Assembly: GCA_021737145.1 (NCBI GenBank)
Contig: JAIPEN010000008.1
Coordinates: 123,585 to 187,584 of the forward strand
Direction: 5' to 3'
Origin: Desulfarculaceae bacterium
Lineage (GTDB): Bacteria; Desulfobacterota; Desulfarculia; Desulfarculales; Desulfarculaceae
Length of the DNA: 64,000 bases
The notes beneath the pieces are model-generated. The model worked only from the letters and a program-made list of their open reading frames with translations. It was not told where the DNA came from and ran no database searches. Made by a program: the position numbers and the translations under genes. Below, one piece after another: positions 55,204 to 64,000 of this stretch; position 1 is the first letter of the stretch, and every line of letters starts with the position of its first letter.

Positions 55204-55736
55204 TACGCCCCGCTATCGATAGAGAATTATTCCAAGTTTAACACAATAAAAAGAACATATCATTTCGAAACAACCCCGGACTGGTGAAGTCCCAAAGGGC
55301 GGGTGGGCGGGGAGAGAATGCTTGCCGGCACGGCCCCCGCCTCCAGGCCCAACCCAGTCCACCACCCCGGGCCGCCCCGCCATCCCCCCAATTCGGCAGG
55401 CCCGCCACCCCGCGCCAACCCGGTTGTTCCTCCCTGCTGCCCCCAATAGCGCCGCTGTCGGGGCCGGAGAGCCCTTGGCCGCGACGCGGCAATCCCCGCC
55501 CGCCGGCCGTGGCCTCCATACCCCGCTCCAACCACTCGCCTGCATCCCCGCCTCCGCCCCAAATAAACCGGGCGCCCACCCTTAAAAGGGATATAATCTA
55601 TAAAAATAGTATTTTTTAGGAATTTGATATTTGGCCGCTGGAGAGGCGGGGCGCGGCGTCGCTCCCCATGCCTCCGAAACCACATCAAGGGTAAACACGG
55701 CGGCTGCCCAAGTTGCGTATTTGAAAGCGGTGCAAA

Positions 55737-57239
55737 ATGAACGCCCTCCTTATTTACCCGCAAAACCCGGAGACTTTCTGGAGCTTCAAGCACGCCCTGA
55801 AGTTCATCTCCAAAAAGGCCCTGCACCCGCCCCTGGGCCTGGCCACGGTGGCGGCCATGCTGCCCGCCTCCTGGGTAAAAAGGCTCGTCGACGAGAACGT
55901 GGAGACCCTCAGGGACAAGCAGCTGCAATGGGCGGACTGCGTGTTCATCAGCGCCATGGCCATCCAGCGCGAGTCGGTCCGGCGGGTGGTGGCCCGCTGC
56001 CGGGAGATTGGGGTCAAGGTGGTGGCTGGGGGGCCCCTGTTCACCGCCTGCCACCACGAGTTCGAAGGCATCGATCACTTCGTGCTGGGCGAGGCCGAGA
56101 TAACCCTCCCCCGCTTCCTGCGCGACCTGGAAGATGGCCGGCCCCAGCCCCTGTATGAAACCGGGCGATACCCCGCCATGGACGGCACCCCCGCGCCCAT
56201 GTGGGGCCTGCTCAAGCTCAGGCGCTACGCCTCCATGAGCCTGCAATACTCCCGGGGCTGCCCCTACAACTGCGAGTTCTGCGACATAACCTCGCTGTTC
56301 GGCCGCCGGGTGCGCACCAAGGACACCAAGCGGGTCTTGGCCGAACTGGACAGCCTCTACGCCGCGGGCTGGCGGGGCGCCTTGTTCATCGTGGACGACA
56401 ACTTCATCGGCAACCGGACCAAGCTCAAGAACGAGTTTTTGCCCGCCATCATCTGCTGGATGAAGCAGCACCGGCATCCCTTCGTGCTCTCCACCGAGGC
56501 CTCCATCGACCTGAGCGACGACGACGCCCTGATGAAGCTGATGGCCCAGGCCGGCTTCGACGGGGTGTTCGTGGGCATCGAGACCCCCAACGACGACAGC
56601 CTGGCCGAGTGCAGCAAGCTGCAAAACCGCAACCGCGACCTGGTGGCCAGCGTCAAGAAGATACAGAGCTTCGGCCTGGAGGTGCGCGGCGGCTTCATAG
56701 TGGGCTTTGACAGCGACACCCCCTCGGTCTTCGGGCAACAGGTCGATATGATCCAAAACAGCCGCATCGTCACGGCCATGGTGGGGCTGCTGAACGCCCC
56801 CCGGGGCAGCCGGCTATACCAACGCATAACCAGCGAGGGCCGCCTGCTCACCGAGGCCACGGGCGACAACACCGACTTTTCCACCAACATCATGCCCCGC
56901 ATGGGGCTGGAGAACCTGGCCCGGGGCTACAACGAGGTCATCAGCGGCATCTATTCGCCCAAGCCCTACTTCAAGCGGGTGCGGGAATATCTGCGGGAAT
57001 ATAGCGTGCCGGAAAAGACCGGGCTTCATTTCCATCCCCGCTACGTGCGGCTGCACAGCGGATACGCCTGGGCCTTTCCCAAGTCCCTGGTGGTGCTGGG
57101 GGTCAAGGACCGGGCCCGCTGGCAGTATTGGAAGCTCTTGCTGTGGTCGCTGTTCCGGCGGCCCGGCCGCTTTCCCATGGCCGTGACCTTCGCCATCTAC
57201 GGCTATCACTTCCGCAAGGTGTTCCAGGCCAGTCTGTAG
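55737..57239 (+). CDS. B12-binding-domain radical SAM protein with DUF4070-like C-terminus
   Basis: N-terminal cobalamin-binding-like domain (HPPLGLATVAAML). CPYNCEFCD radical SAM cluster. Confidence 0.85.
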   Translation: MNALLIYPQNPETFWSFKHALKFISKKALHPPLGLATVAAMLPASWVKRLVDENVETLRDKQLQWADCVFISAMAIQRESVRRVVARCREIGVKVVAGGPLFTACHHEFEGIDHFVLGEAEITLPRFLRDLEDGRPQPLYETGRYPAMDGTPAPMWGLLKLRRYASMSLQYSRGCPYNCEFCDITSLFGRRVRTKDTKRVLAELDSLYAAGWRGALFIVDDNFIGNRTKLKNEFLPAIICWMKQHRHPFVLSTEASIDLSDDDALMKLMAQAGFDGVFVGIETPNDDSLAECSKLQNRNRDLVASVKKIQSFGLEVRGGFIVGFDSDTPSVFGQQVDMIQNSRIVTAMVGLLNAPRGSRLYQRITSEGRLLTEATGDNTDFSTNIMPRMGLENLARGYNEVISGIYSPKPYFKRVREYLREYSVPEKTGLHFHPRYVRLHSGYAWAFPKSLVVLGVKDRARWQYWKLLLWSLFRRPGRFPMAVTFAIYGYHFRKVFQASL

Positions 57240-57248
57240 GGGGGGCTG

Positions 57249-57803
57249 CTAGCGGTTTTGCTCCCGCTTGCGGTAGGTCTGGTCATCGAACTCCTGGGCC
57301 CTTTTCTGGGTGAAGCCCTCCAGGGCCGCCAGGGCGTCCCTGGCCTTGCGCATCTGGACCGCGCACTGGGTCTGGACCACGGCTTTGGCCCGGGCGGCCT
57401 CTCCGGCCTTCATCAGCTCCACCACCTCATCCCGCGCTTTGGTCCATTTGCCCAACCGGGCCAGGACTCTCAGGTAAGACTTGTTGTCCTTGGGCACCTT
57501 TTGGGCCAGGTAGTCGAAATCCCCGCGCAGGGCGGTCACCACTTGGTCCATGGCCCGGGTGTTTTCGGCCAACTTGTCTTTGCCCTCGGAATAGACCAGG
57601 TCCTCGACGAGTATCTGGGCGCGGATCAGCTTGCTGTCTATCCTGAGCACCAGGTTGCCGATGGTGGCGGGAGTAGCCGGGGGAGGAGGCTCGGGGGTGA
57701 ACCAGGGGGCCCACTTGCCCGCCAGCAACACCACCAGCAGGCCGCCCAGCACGGCGATGGTGGCTGCGGTGTGAACCCGGGTCCATCTGCGGTCGATCGG
57801 CAT
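57249..57803 (-). CDS. membrane-anchored helical protein (four-helix-bundle sensor-like)
   Basis: ATG 57803. One TM (TIAVLGGLLVVLLAG), a Pro-rich linker, then a helical domain. Confidence 0.45.
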   Translation of the reverse strand: MPIDRRWTRVHTAATIAVLGGLLVVLLAGKWAPWFTPEPPPPATPATIGNLVLRIDSKLIRAQILVEDLVYSEGKDKLAENTRAMDQVVTALRGDFDYLAQKVPKDNKSYLRVLARLGKWTKARDEVVELMKAGEAARAKAVVQTQCAVQMRKARDALAALEGFTQKRAQEFDDQTYRKREQNR

Positions 57804-58020
57804 GGCAGGTTTGCCGCCCGGCTTGGGTTGCGGGATGTTTCGGCCACCGTGATGCCGAGGCAACCCAATGAGCCTCACTCGGTGACCTCCCGGCCGCCAA
57901 AACGCGGCGGGCGGTAACCATAAACGGTGGGATATCCGTATAGTCTACCTGATAAACCCTGGCCCCGCCCTGGCGGCGCTCGCGCGCGGACCCGGTGGTT
58001 TTTCCGTTGTTCGCCTTGGC

Positions 58021-58050
58021 TTGACGCTTCCGCGTTCCCACCCATATATT
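58021..58050 (+). promoter_or_regulatory. candidate sigma70 promoter of selB (TTGACG-18-TATATT)
   Basis: Read directly from the sequence, 45 nt upstream of ATG 58096. Confidence 0.4.
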
Positions 58051-58095
58051 TGAATGGACCCGCCCCCAATTTCGTCAGCACTTGAAAGGCCCGCC

Positions 58096-60000
58096 ATGAA
58101 ACAGATCGTCCTGGGCACCGCCGGACACATCGACCACGGCAAGACCACCCTGGTCAAGGCCCTCACCGGCATAGAGACCGACCGCCTCAAGGAGGAGAAG
58201 GCCCGCGGCATCACCATCGAGCTGGGCTTCGCCTACCTGGACCTGCCCGGCGGCCAGCGCCTGGGCATCGTGGATGTGCCCGGCCATGAGAAGTTCGTCA
58301 AGAACATGGTGGCCGGCGCGGCGGGCATCGACCTGGTGGCCCTGGTCATCGCGGCCGACGAGGGAGTCATGCCCCAGACCCGGGAGCACCTGGACATCTG
58401 CAAGCTCCTGGGCGTGTCCCAGGGCCTGGTGGTGCTCACCAAGATCGACATGGTGGACGAGGAATGGCTGGAGCTGGTCATGGAGGACGTGGCCGAGTAC
58501 GTGGAGGGCACCTTCTTGGAGGGCGCGCCCATCATCGGGGTGAGCGGGGTGACCGGCCAGGGCGTCGACCAGCTCAAAAGCGAGCTGACCACCCTGGTCG
58601 AGCGCCTGGAAGAGCGCCCGGCCGTCGGCCCCTTCCGCCTGCCCGTGGACCGCGTCTTCACCATGAAGGGCTTCGGCACGGTCATCACCGGCACGGCCGT
58701 CGGCGGCCAGATCCAGGTGGGCCAGGAGGTCACCATCTACCCCAAGAAGGTCACGGCCAAGGTGCGCGGCCTACAGGTGCACAACGACGAGGTGACCAGC
58801 GCCCGCCGGGGCCAGCGCACGGCCATCAACCTGCAAGGGGTGGAAAAATCCGGGGTGGAGCGCGGCGACGTGCTGGCCACGCCGGGATCCCTGAGCCCCT
58901 CCCTGTGGCTGGACCTGGAGATCAACGCCCTGGCCGACATGACCCGGCCCATCAAGCACCGCGCCCCCATCCGCCTGCACACCGGCTCGGCCGAACTGCT
59001 GGGGCGGGTGATGCTCTTGGACCGCGACGAACTCAAGCCCGGCGAGACCGCCCTGGCCCAGGTGCGCCTGGAGTCGCCGGTGGCGGTGATGGCCGGGGAC
59101 CGCTACGTGCTGCGCTCCTACTCGCCGGTGCACACCATCGCCGGCGGCATCGTGCTGCACCCCCATCCCGGTCGCCGCAAGCGCAACCGCCCCGAGGTCA
59201 TGGCCGACCTGAAGGCCCTCAAGGGCGGCGAGCCCCGCGAGCAGGTGGCGGTGCACGCCCGCCTGGCCGGGGAAAAGGGCATCACCAGCGAGGAGCTCAG
59301 CCGCCTGGTCAGCCTAAGCCCCAAGGAGCTGGACAACCTGGTGGGGGACATGCTCTCCAAGCAGGAGCTGGTGCGCTTCGACAAAGAAGGTGGCCGCATG
59401 ATCGCCGCCGCGGTGCAGGCCGAGCTGCTGGCCCAGGCCCAGGAGCTTTTGGCCGCCTATCACCAGGCCAACCCCCTCAAGGCGGGCATGTCCCGCGAGG
59501 AGCTCCGGGGCCGTCTGCTCAACTCCGGCGAGGCCAAGCTGTTCGCCCATCTCATGCGCAAGCTGGAGGGCGACCAGGCGGTGGTGGCCGAAAAGGACCT
59601 CTTGCGCCTGCCCTCGCACCAGGTGAAGCTGGCCGGGGCGGACAAGGCGCTGCGCGAAAAAATCGAGCGGGCCTATGTGGAGGGCGGCCTGGCCCCGCCC
59701 AACCTCAAGGACGTGGTGGCCGGGGACGATCCGGCCCAGGCCAAGGAGGTCCTGGCCGTGCTGGTGAGCGAAGGCGGCCTGGTCAAGGTCAAGCAGGAGC
59801 TCTATTACGCGGCCGGGGCCCTGGAGGAGCTCAAGAAGCGCCTCACCGAGTTCCTGGAGGCCCACGAGCGCATCAACGCGGCCCAGTTCAAGGAGATCAC
59901 CGGCCTGAGCCGCAAGTACATCATTCCCTTGCTGGAGTACTTCGACACCACCCACCTGACCATGCGGGTGGGCGACGAGCGGGTGCTCCGGGGCAGGTAG
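58096..60000 (+). CDS. selB: selenocysteine-specific translation elongation factor SelB
   Basis: [18 protein letters not shown] and TKID GTPase motifs, plus a long winged-helix C-terminal extension. Confidence 0.9.
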   Translation: MKQIVLGTAGHIDHGKTTLVKALTGIETDRLKEEKARGITIELGFAYLDLPGGQRLGIVDVPGHEKFVKNMVAGAAGIDLVALVIAADEGVMPQTREHLDICKLLGVSQGLVVLTKIDMVDEEWLELVMEDVAEYVEGTFLEGAPIIGVSGVTGQGVDQLKSELTTLVERLEERPAVGPFRLPVDRVFTMKGFGTVITGTAVGGQIQVGQEVTIYPKKVTAKVRGLQVHNDEVTSARRGQRTAINLQGVEKSGVERGDVLATPGSLSPSLWLDLEINALADMTRPIKHRAPIRLHTGSAELLGRVMLLDRDELKPGETALAQVRLESPVAVMAGDRYVLRSYSPVHTIAGGIVLHPHPGRRKRNRPEVMADLKALKGGEPREQVAVHARLAGEKGITSEELSRLVSLSPKELDNLVGDMLSKQELVRFDKEGGRMIAAAVQAELLAQAQELLAAYHQANPLKAGMSREELRGRLLNSGEAKLFAHLMRKLEGDQAVVAEKDLLRLPSHQVKLAGADKALREKIERAYVEGGLAPPNLKDVVAGDDPAQAKEVLAVLVSEGGLVKVKQELYYAAGALEELKKRLTEFLEAHERINAAQFKEITGLSRKYIIPLLEYFDTTHLTMRVGDERVLRGR

Positions 60001-60003
60001 GCC

Positions 60004-60564
60004 ATGGGCGCGGCGCCGGATCCCCAGGCCCTTTATCTCGATGTGGCCGCCCGTTTGGCGGCCGCTCCTCCCGAGCCGCTCGGCGGCGCGCCCGTGGGCG
60101 AGCCTCTGCTGGAGCAACTGGCCGCCGTGTTGGCCCGGGCCCGGGCGGTGGTCGCCGCCCTGGACGCCCTGCTGCCCGGCGACGGCATCGACGACCTGAA
60201 CAAGTACGAGCACCTGGCCGGCATGCTGGAGCGCATCGCCCGGTTTCAAAGCTTTGCCCTGGCCGAATACACCTATCACCTGGCCGGGGGCGGGCAGCCC
60301 GGAGTGCGCCTGTGGCTGGAAGAGGCCGAGTGGCGCCGCCGGATAAAGGTGCTTTTCTTCCCCCAGGTGGGGCGCTGGCAGGCCGACGGCCAGGGCCGCA
60401 TGCTCTCCCGCGAGCTGCTGGGCCTCACCCTGGAACCGGGGGGCATCGCCCCGCTTTTGGCCCCGGAGCTGGGTTCCTGGTTCTCCCCGGCCTGGGGCTG
60501 GGAAGAGTGCCTGGCCATGGCCCTGTGCCTGGCCGCCGTTCCCGGCAGCCTGCCCTCCCGATAA
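60004..60564 (+). CDS. hypothetical protein
   Basis: Starts 4 nt after the selB stop. 186 aa. No family recognised. Confidence 0.45.
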   Translation: MGAAPDPQALYLDVAARLAAAPPEPLGGAPVGEPLLEQLAAVLARARAVVAALDALLPGDGIDDLNKYEHLAGMLERIARFQSFALAEYTYHLAGGGQPGVRLWLEEAEWRRRIKVLFFPQVGRWQADGQGRMLSRELLGLTLEPGGIAPLLAPELGSWFSPAWGWEECLAMALCLAAVPGSLPSR

Positions 60565-60836
60565 GCTCCCCCGCCCTGCAAAGCGCGCGCCCGCCCTGGG
60601 CGCGGATTGGGCTTGCAAAATACTCTAATAGAACTACAAATATTAGGTGATAAGGCGCCTCACACCATGAGAGTCGTTCAGCTTGATGCCTTTGGACCCA
60701 AAGCCATTCCCCGGCCCCTGGCCGTTTTCCCCGCATAACTTTGTCGTGGCGGGCGCGCCCGCTTCTCCGGTTCGGCCGGGGGAGCTTAGCGTCCCCCTTA
60801 TCGCCCTAGTGGCGCACATCATCGGAGAGTAGTCAT

Positions 60837-62186
60837 ATGGAAAAGCAAATCGTAGTGGTGGGTGGCGGCCCCGGCGGGGCCATCAGCGCCCTGACCGCCA
60901 AAAGCGTGTACCCGGACAAGTCGGTGTGCCTGATCCGCAAGATCGGCGACGGGGTGATCCCCTGCGCCATTCCCTACATGATCCACACCATGGCCAACCC
61001 CCAGGCCAACGCCATGTCCCTGGACGGCTTGGAGGCGGCCGGGGTGGAGACCATGGTGGCCGGGGTGGAGTCCCTGGACCCCAAGGCCAAGGTGCTCATG
61101 CTCGACAACGGCGAATCGGTGAGCTTCGACCGTCTGGTGCTGGCCACGGGCAGCAACCCGGCCAAACCGCCCATCCCCGGCATCGAGCTGGAGGGCGTGT
61201 TCACCATCACCAAGAGCCTGGCTCCCCTGGAGGACTTGGTGGCCCGGGCCCAGGCGGCCAAAAACGTGGTCATCGTGGGCGGCGGCTTCATCGGGGCCGA
61301 GTTTGCCGACGAACTGACCCTAAAGAGCGGGGTGAACGTGCACCTGGTGGAGCTGATGCCCAAGCTGCTGCAGGCCGCTTTTGACGACGAGCTCTGCGAC
61401 AAGGCGCAGGAGGTGATGCAAAAGCAGGGCGTGCAGCTGCACATGACCCAAAAGGTGGAGGCCATCAAGGGCGAGGGCAAGGTGTCTTCGGTGGCCCTGT
61501 CCGGCGGCGAGGAGCTTCCCGCCGAGCTGGTGATCATCGGCGTCGGCGGCCGGCCCGACAGCAGACTGGCCGCGGAGGCCGGCCTGCGCCTGTCCGAGGA
61601 CGGCTCCATCTGGGTGGACAACTACATGCGCACCTCGGCCCCGGGCATCTTCGCGGTGGGCGATTGCGCCCTGAAGCGCGATTTCTTCACCCGCAAGCCG
61701 GTGCCGGTGTGGCTGGCCTCCACCGCCACCGCCGAGGCGCGCAACGCCGGCACCAACATCTACGGCATCCGGGTGCTCAACCAGATCCAGGGCTCCATCG
61801 CCGCCTTTTCCACCAAGCTGGGCGACACCTGCTTTGCCAGCGCCGGGCTCACCGAGCGAGTCTGCCAACGCGAGGGCCTGCGCTACGTGTGCGGCACGGC
61901 CACCGCTCCGGACCGCCATCCCGGCAACCTGCCCGGAGCCACGCCCATGACCGTCAAGCTTGTCTTCGCCGACCGGGCCGGCGCCCTGTTGGGCGGTCAG
62001 GTCATGGGCGGGGAGTCGGCCGGCGAGCTGGTCAACGTAATCGCCCTGGGCATCCAAAAGGGGGTGAGCGTGCGCGAGATGGACATGATGCAAATCGCCA
62101 CCCATCCCAAGCTCTCGGCCGCCCCCACGGTGCACCCGCTGGTCAACGCGGCCCAGCAGGCCCTGGCCAAGCTGCGCGCCAGATAG
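60837..62186 (+). CDS. FAD-dependent pyridine nucleotide-disulfide oxidoreductase (NADH oxidase/CoA-disulfide reductase-like)
   Basis: VVVGGGPGG FAD motif, single Cys in VIPCAIPYM, VIVGGGFIGAEFA NAD motif, AVGDCA. Confidence 0.85.
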   Translation: MEKQIVVVGGGPGGAISALTAKSVYPDKSVCLIRKIGDGVIPCAIPYMIHTMANPQANAMSLDGLEAAGVETMVAGVESLDPKAKVLMLDNGESVSFDRLVLATGSNPAKPPIPGIELEGVFTITKSLAPLEDLVARAQAAKNVVIVGGGFIGAEFADELTLKSGVNVHLVELMPKLLQAAFDDELCDKAQEVMQKQGVQLHMTQKVEAIKGEGKVSSVALSGGEELPAELVIIGVGGRPDSRLAAEAGLRLSEDGSIWVDNYMRTSAPGIFAVGDCALKRDFFTRKPVPVWLASTATAEARNAGTNIYGIRVLNQIQGSIAAFSTKLGDTCFASAGLTERVCQREGLRYVCGTATAPDRHPGNLPGATPMTVKLVFADRAGALLGGQVMGGESAGELVNVIALGIQKGVSVREMDMMQIATHPKLSAAPTVHPLVNAAQQALAKLRAR

Positions 62187-62303
62187 GCTATAATGTGAAA
62201 CAAGCGGGCCGCGATCCGCGACTGCCGTGGATAGCGGCCCGCCAACACCCAGACCGGGTCCGGCGCCAGCCCGGGCCCGCGCGGCCATAGGGGGACAAGG
62301 CTC

Positions 62304-63014
62304 ATGCGTATTTGGCGGATTCTGTTGTTAGTGGCGGTGGCTCTTTCCCTGGCCGCCTGTCAGGCCCCCAAGTCGGTGCAGCAGGGGGTGGCTAAGCCCA
62401 CCAGCTTCCTGGGCCCGGAGGCGGCGGCCAAGCTCAAGCCCGGCAAGCCCGGAAAGCCCGCCTGGATGTATTCCAACCCCAAGGCCAAGTGGGCCTCCTA
62501 TGACAAGATGATGCTGGACCCGGTGACCTTCTGGCGCAAGCCGGGCGGCGAAAACCAGGACATCACCCCCAAGGATCGCCAGGCCCTGGCCAACTACTTC
62601 TACAGCGTGATCCACAAGGCCATGAGCCAATACCTGACCATGGTGCACATCCCCGGGCCGGGCACCTTGCGGGTGCAGGTGGCCATCACCCGGGCCGACC
62701 CCTCGGTGGTGGCCCTGGACGTGGTGTCCTCGGTGGTGCCCCAGGCGGTGGCCCTGTCCACCCTCACCGACGCCATGACCGGCAAGCCGGCCTTTGTGGG
62801 CGAGGCGGCCATCGCCTGCAAGGTGGCCGACGCCCGGACCGGCCAGCTCCTGGCCTCCTGGGTGGCCGAGCGGGTGGGCGGCAAGCGTTTGGACCAGGCC
62901 CAGATGTCCTCCTGGGGCGACGTGCAGCAGGCCATGCACTTCTGGGCCTATGACGCGGCCTACCGCTTGTGCAAGGCGCAGAAGCGCTCTGGCTGCCAGA
63001 AGCCCCAGCCCTAG
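62304..63014 (+). CDS. lipoprotein (DUF3313-like)
   Basis: Lipobox LSLAAC. Family call from recollection. Confidence 0.55.
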   Translation: MRIWRILLLVAVALSLAACQAPKSVQQGVAKPTSFLGPEAAAKLKPGKPGKPAWMYSNPKAKWASYDKMMLDPVTFWRKPGGENQDITPKDRQALANYFYSVIHKAMSQYLTMVHIPGPGTLRVQVAITRADPSVVALDVVSSVVPQAVALSTLTDAMTGKPAFVGEAAIACKVADARTGQLLASWVAERVGGKRLDQAQMSSWGDVQQAMHFWAYDAAYRLCKAQKRSGCQKPQP

Positions 63015-63040
63015 AACCAGGCCCTCAAAAAAAAACATCG

Positions 63041-63072
63041 CGGGGCGGGGATCATCCCCCGCCCCGTTTATT
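63041..63072. terminator. bidirectional terminator between convergent lipoprotein and GNAT genes
   Basis: CGGGGCGGGG-atcat-CCCCGCCCCG perfect stem, with an A9 run upstream and TTTATTT downstream. Confidence 0.65.
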
Positions 63073-63095
63073 TGCCAAGCGCGTCCGGCCCCCGC

Positions 63096-63686
63096 CTACT
63101 CCTCCAGATGGCGCAGGTAGAGCACCCCGTGGCATTGGCAGGGCGGCTCCGGGCACACCGGGCAGTGATGCCCCTCCGGGCTGTCCACCACCCGGTTCCA
63201 GTAGCCCTGGATGCTCAGCTCCTCCACGAAGCCGTTTTCCTCCAGGAGCTTGGCCGCGTTGGTGTGCCCGTCCACGGTCCGCCAGGCCATGGCGCATACC
63301 ACCCCCGCCCCCCGGGACAAGAGCTTCTGGTACAGGGCCCGGACCAGTAGCCTGCCCAGCCCCCCGCCCTGGGCCTCGGGGGCTATGGCCGCCGCATCCA
63401 GAATGCCGATCTTTTCCGCTGTTAAAAGCCGGTCCCGCGCCGGAGAGGCGGGCAGCTTTAGGAACTCGTGGGCCGGCTCCGGGCCGAGGGCCAGGGCCAC
63501 CGCAAAGCCGCGCACTTGGCCGCGCTCGTCCAGGGCCACCTGGCAGAAGCGGCGCTCGCTGCTCAGGCACCTGCGAAAGTCCTCCTCGCCGTGATAGTCC
63601 TCGCCCAGCTCCTGGCGGCAGATGGCCAGCACCCCGGGTAGGTGCTCCTCGGCCAGGTCGATGATGAGGTAGTGGCTGTTATTCAT
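63096..63686 (-). CDS. GNAT-family N-acetyltransferase
   Basis: Acetyl-CoA binding motif QGGGLGRLLVRALYQKL. Confidence 0.8.
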   Translation of the reverse strand: MNNSHYLIIDLAEEHLPGVLAICRQELGEDYHGEEDFRRCLSSERRFCQVALDERGQVRGFAVALALGPEPAHEFLKLPASPARDRLLTAEKIGILDAAAIAPEAQGGGLGRLLVRALYQKLLSRGAGVVCAMAWRTVDGHTNAAKLLEENGFVEELSIQGYWNRVVDSPEGHHCPVCPEPPCQCHGVLYLRHLEE

Positions 63687-63702
63687 AAAGTTTCTTTGTC
63701 AG

Positions 63703-64000
63703 CTAAGCCCTTTCAAAATGCAACCTTTTTTGTATAAGAGATTCTATTTTGTTAAAAGTAGATGAAATATTTTCATCCTTCATAGCGTCATAGGCTTCTT
63801 TCCATCGGTCATGTTGGTCGTATTTCTTTGCAAGTTGACGATTCAATATGGCTTCTTTCATAATTTTTTGAAATTTATCGAATCCTTCTTTCAATTCCGG
63901 GCTGAGAAAGATAAGATTTTTATTGTAACAATTGCTGAATTCCTCATAAACTTCCCAAGTAGTTTTTGATTTTTTCCAAAATATTATATCGTATAGCGTC
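63703..64000 (-). CDS. AT-rich orphan ORF, 3' part (N-terminus outside window)
   Basis: My hand translation shows the frame of the 63-aa track ORF stays open upstream to base 64000 (...TLYDIIFWKKSKTTWEVYEEFSNCYNKNLIFLSPELKEGF...). Confidence 0.55.
   Translation of the reverse strand, partial: TLYDIIFWKKSKTTWEVYEEFSNCYNKNLIFLSPELKEGFDKFQKIMKEAILNRQLAKKYDQHDRWKEAYDAMKDENISSTFNKIESLIQKRLHFERA

Noticed and set aside
55284-55619. Pro-rich ORFs (111 aa plus strand; 110-113 aa minus strand) in the C-rich tract
   Set aside because: They are translations of a compositionally skewed tract (poly-Pro or poly-Gly/Arg). They have no start context and overlap each other on both strands.
57880-58095. Search for tRNA-Sec (selC) or other tRNA near selB, and in every other intergenic gap
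   Set aside because: I could not identify any cloverleaf-like sequence with conserved T-loop (GTTCGA/GTTCAA) features by eye. A covariance-model scan is needed to be sure.
58464-60650. 728-aa alternate-frame ORF inside selB
   Set aside because: It is on the same strand as SelB but out of frame. It gives an Arg/Gly/Pro-rich translation, whereas the SelB frame carries all the GTPase motifs.
63703-63894. 63-aa ORF as a stand-alone small gene
   Set aside because: Its apparent start is an internal TTG. The frame stays open to the window edge, so I annotated it as the 3' part of a longer gene.

Overview
High-GC chromosomal window: my 60-nt spot counts give about 65% G+C in ordinary genes. The gene content fits an anaerobic Desulfobacterota-type organism (selB, etfAB, TAXI-TRAP transporter, GltD/ferredoxin oxidoreductase, several radical SAM enzymes). 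That taxonomic reading is inference only. I ran no searches, so every family call rests on motifs read directly from the translations. I support about 70 protein-coding genes, mostly housekeeping and often translationally coupled through ATGA/GTGA overlaps. I saw no rRNA, tRNA or CRISPR array. The main observations are:
1. A 9.4-kb HK97-type phage head-neck-tube module (33.1-42.5 kb). Its composition matches the host, and it has no tape measure, baseplate, lysis, replication or integration genes. Its terL start is out of frame. It is either a GTA-like element or a decayed prophage.
2. Three sharply AT-rich islands (47.3-48.3 kb, 54.0-55.3 kb, 63.7 kb to the window end). Each carries one orphan ORF of unrecognised family and sits inside housekeeping context.
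3. An array of 11 same-orientation GGTGGA(A/G)AA boxes with 11-bp phasing (28372-34), 1.7 kb upstream of dnaA. This is a candidate oriC/DnaA-oligomerisation region.
4. A family of about 100-120-bp long-hairpin intergenic repeats (4 copies), plus a palindromic unit with a 33-bp tandem expansion.
5. Unusual protein architectures: a PlsB-like acyltransferase fused to GpsA; a thiolase-fold protein lacking both catalytic cysteines fused to DUF35; a receiver domain fused to a DHp domain with no ATPase domain; and a CheZ-like C-terminal peptide.
6. A convergent tatA/TRIC overlap in which both genes lose their natural 3' ends.
Many very long ORFs in the supplied track are antisense or alternate-frame artefacts of the high GC content, and I rejected them.
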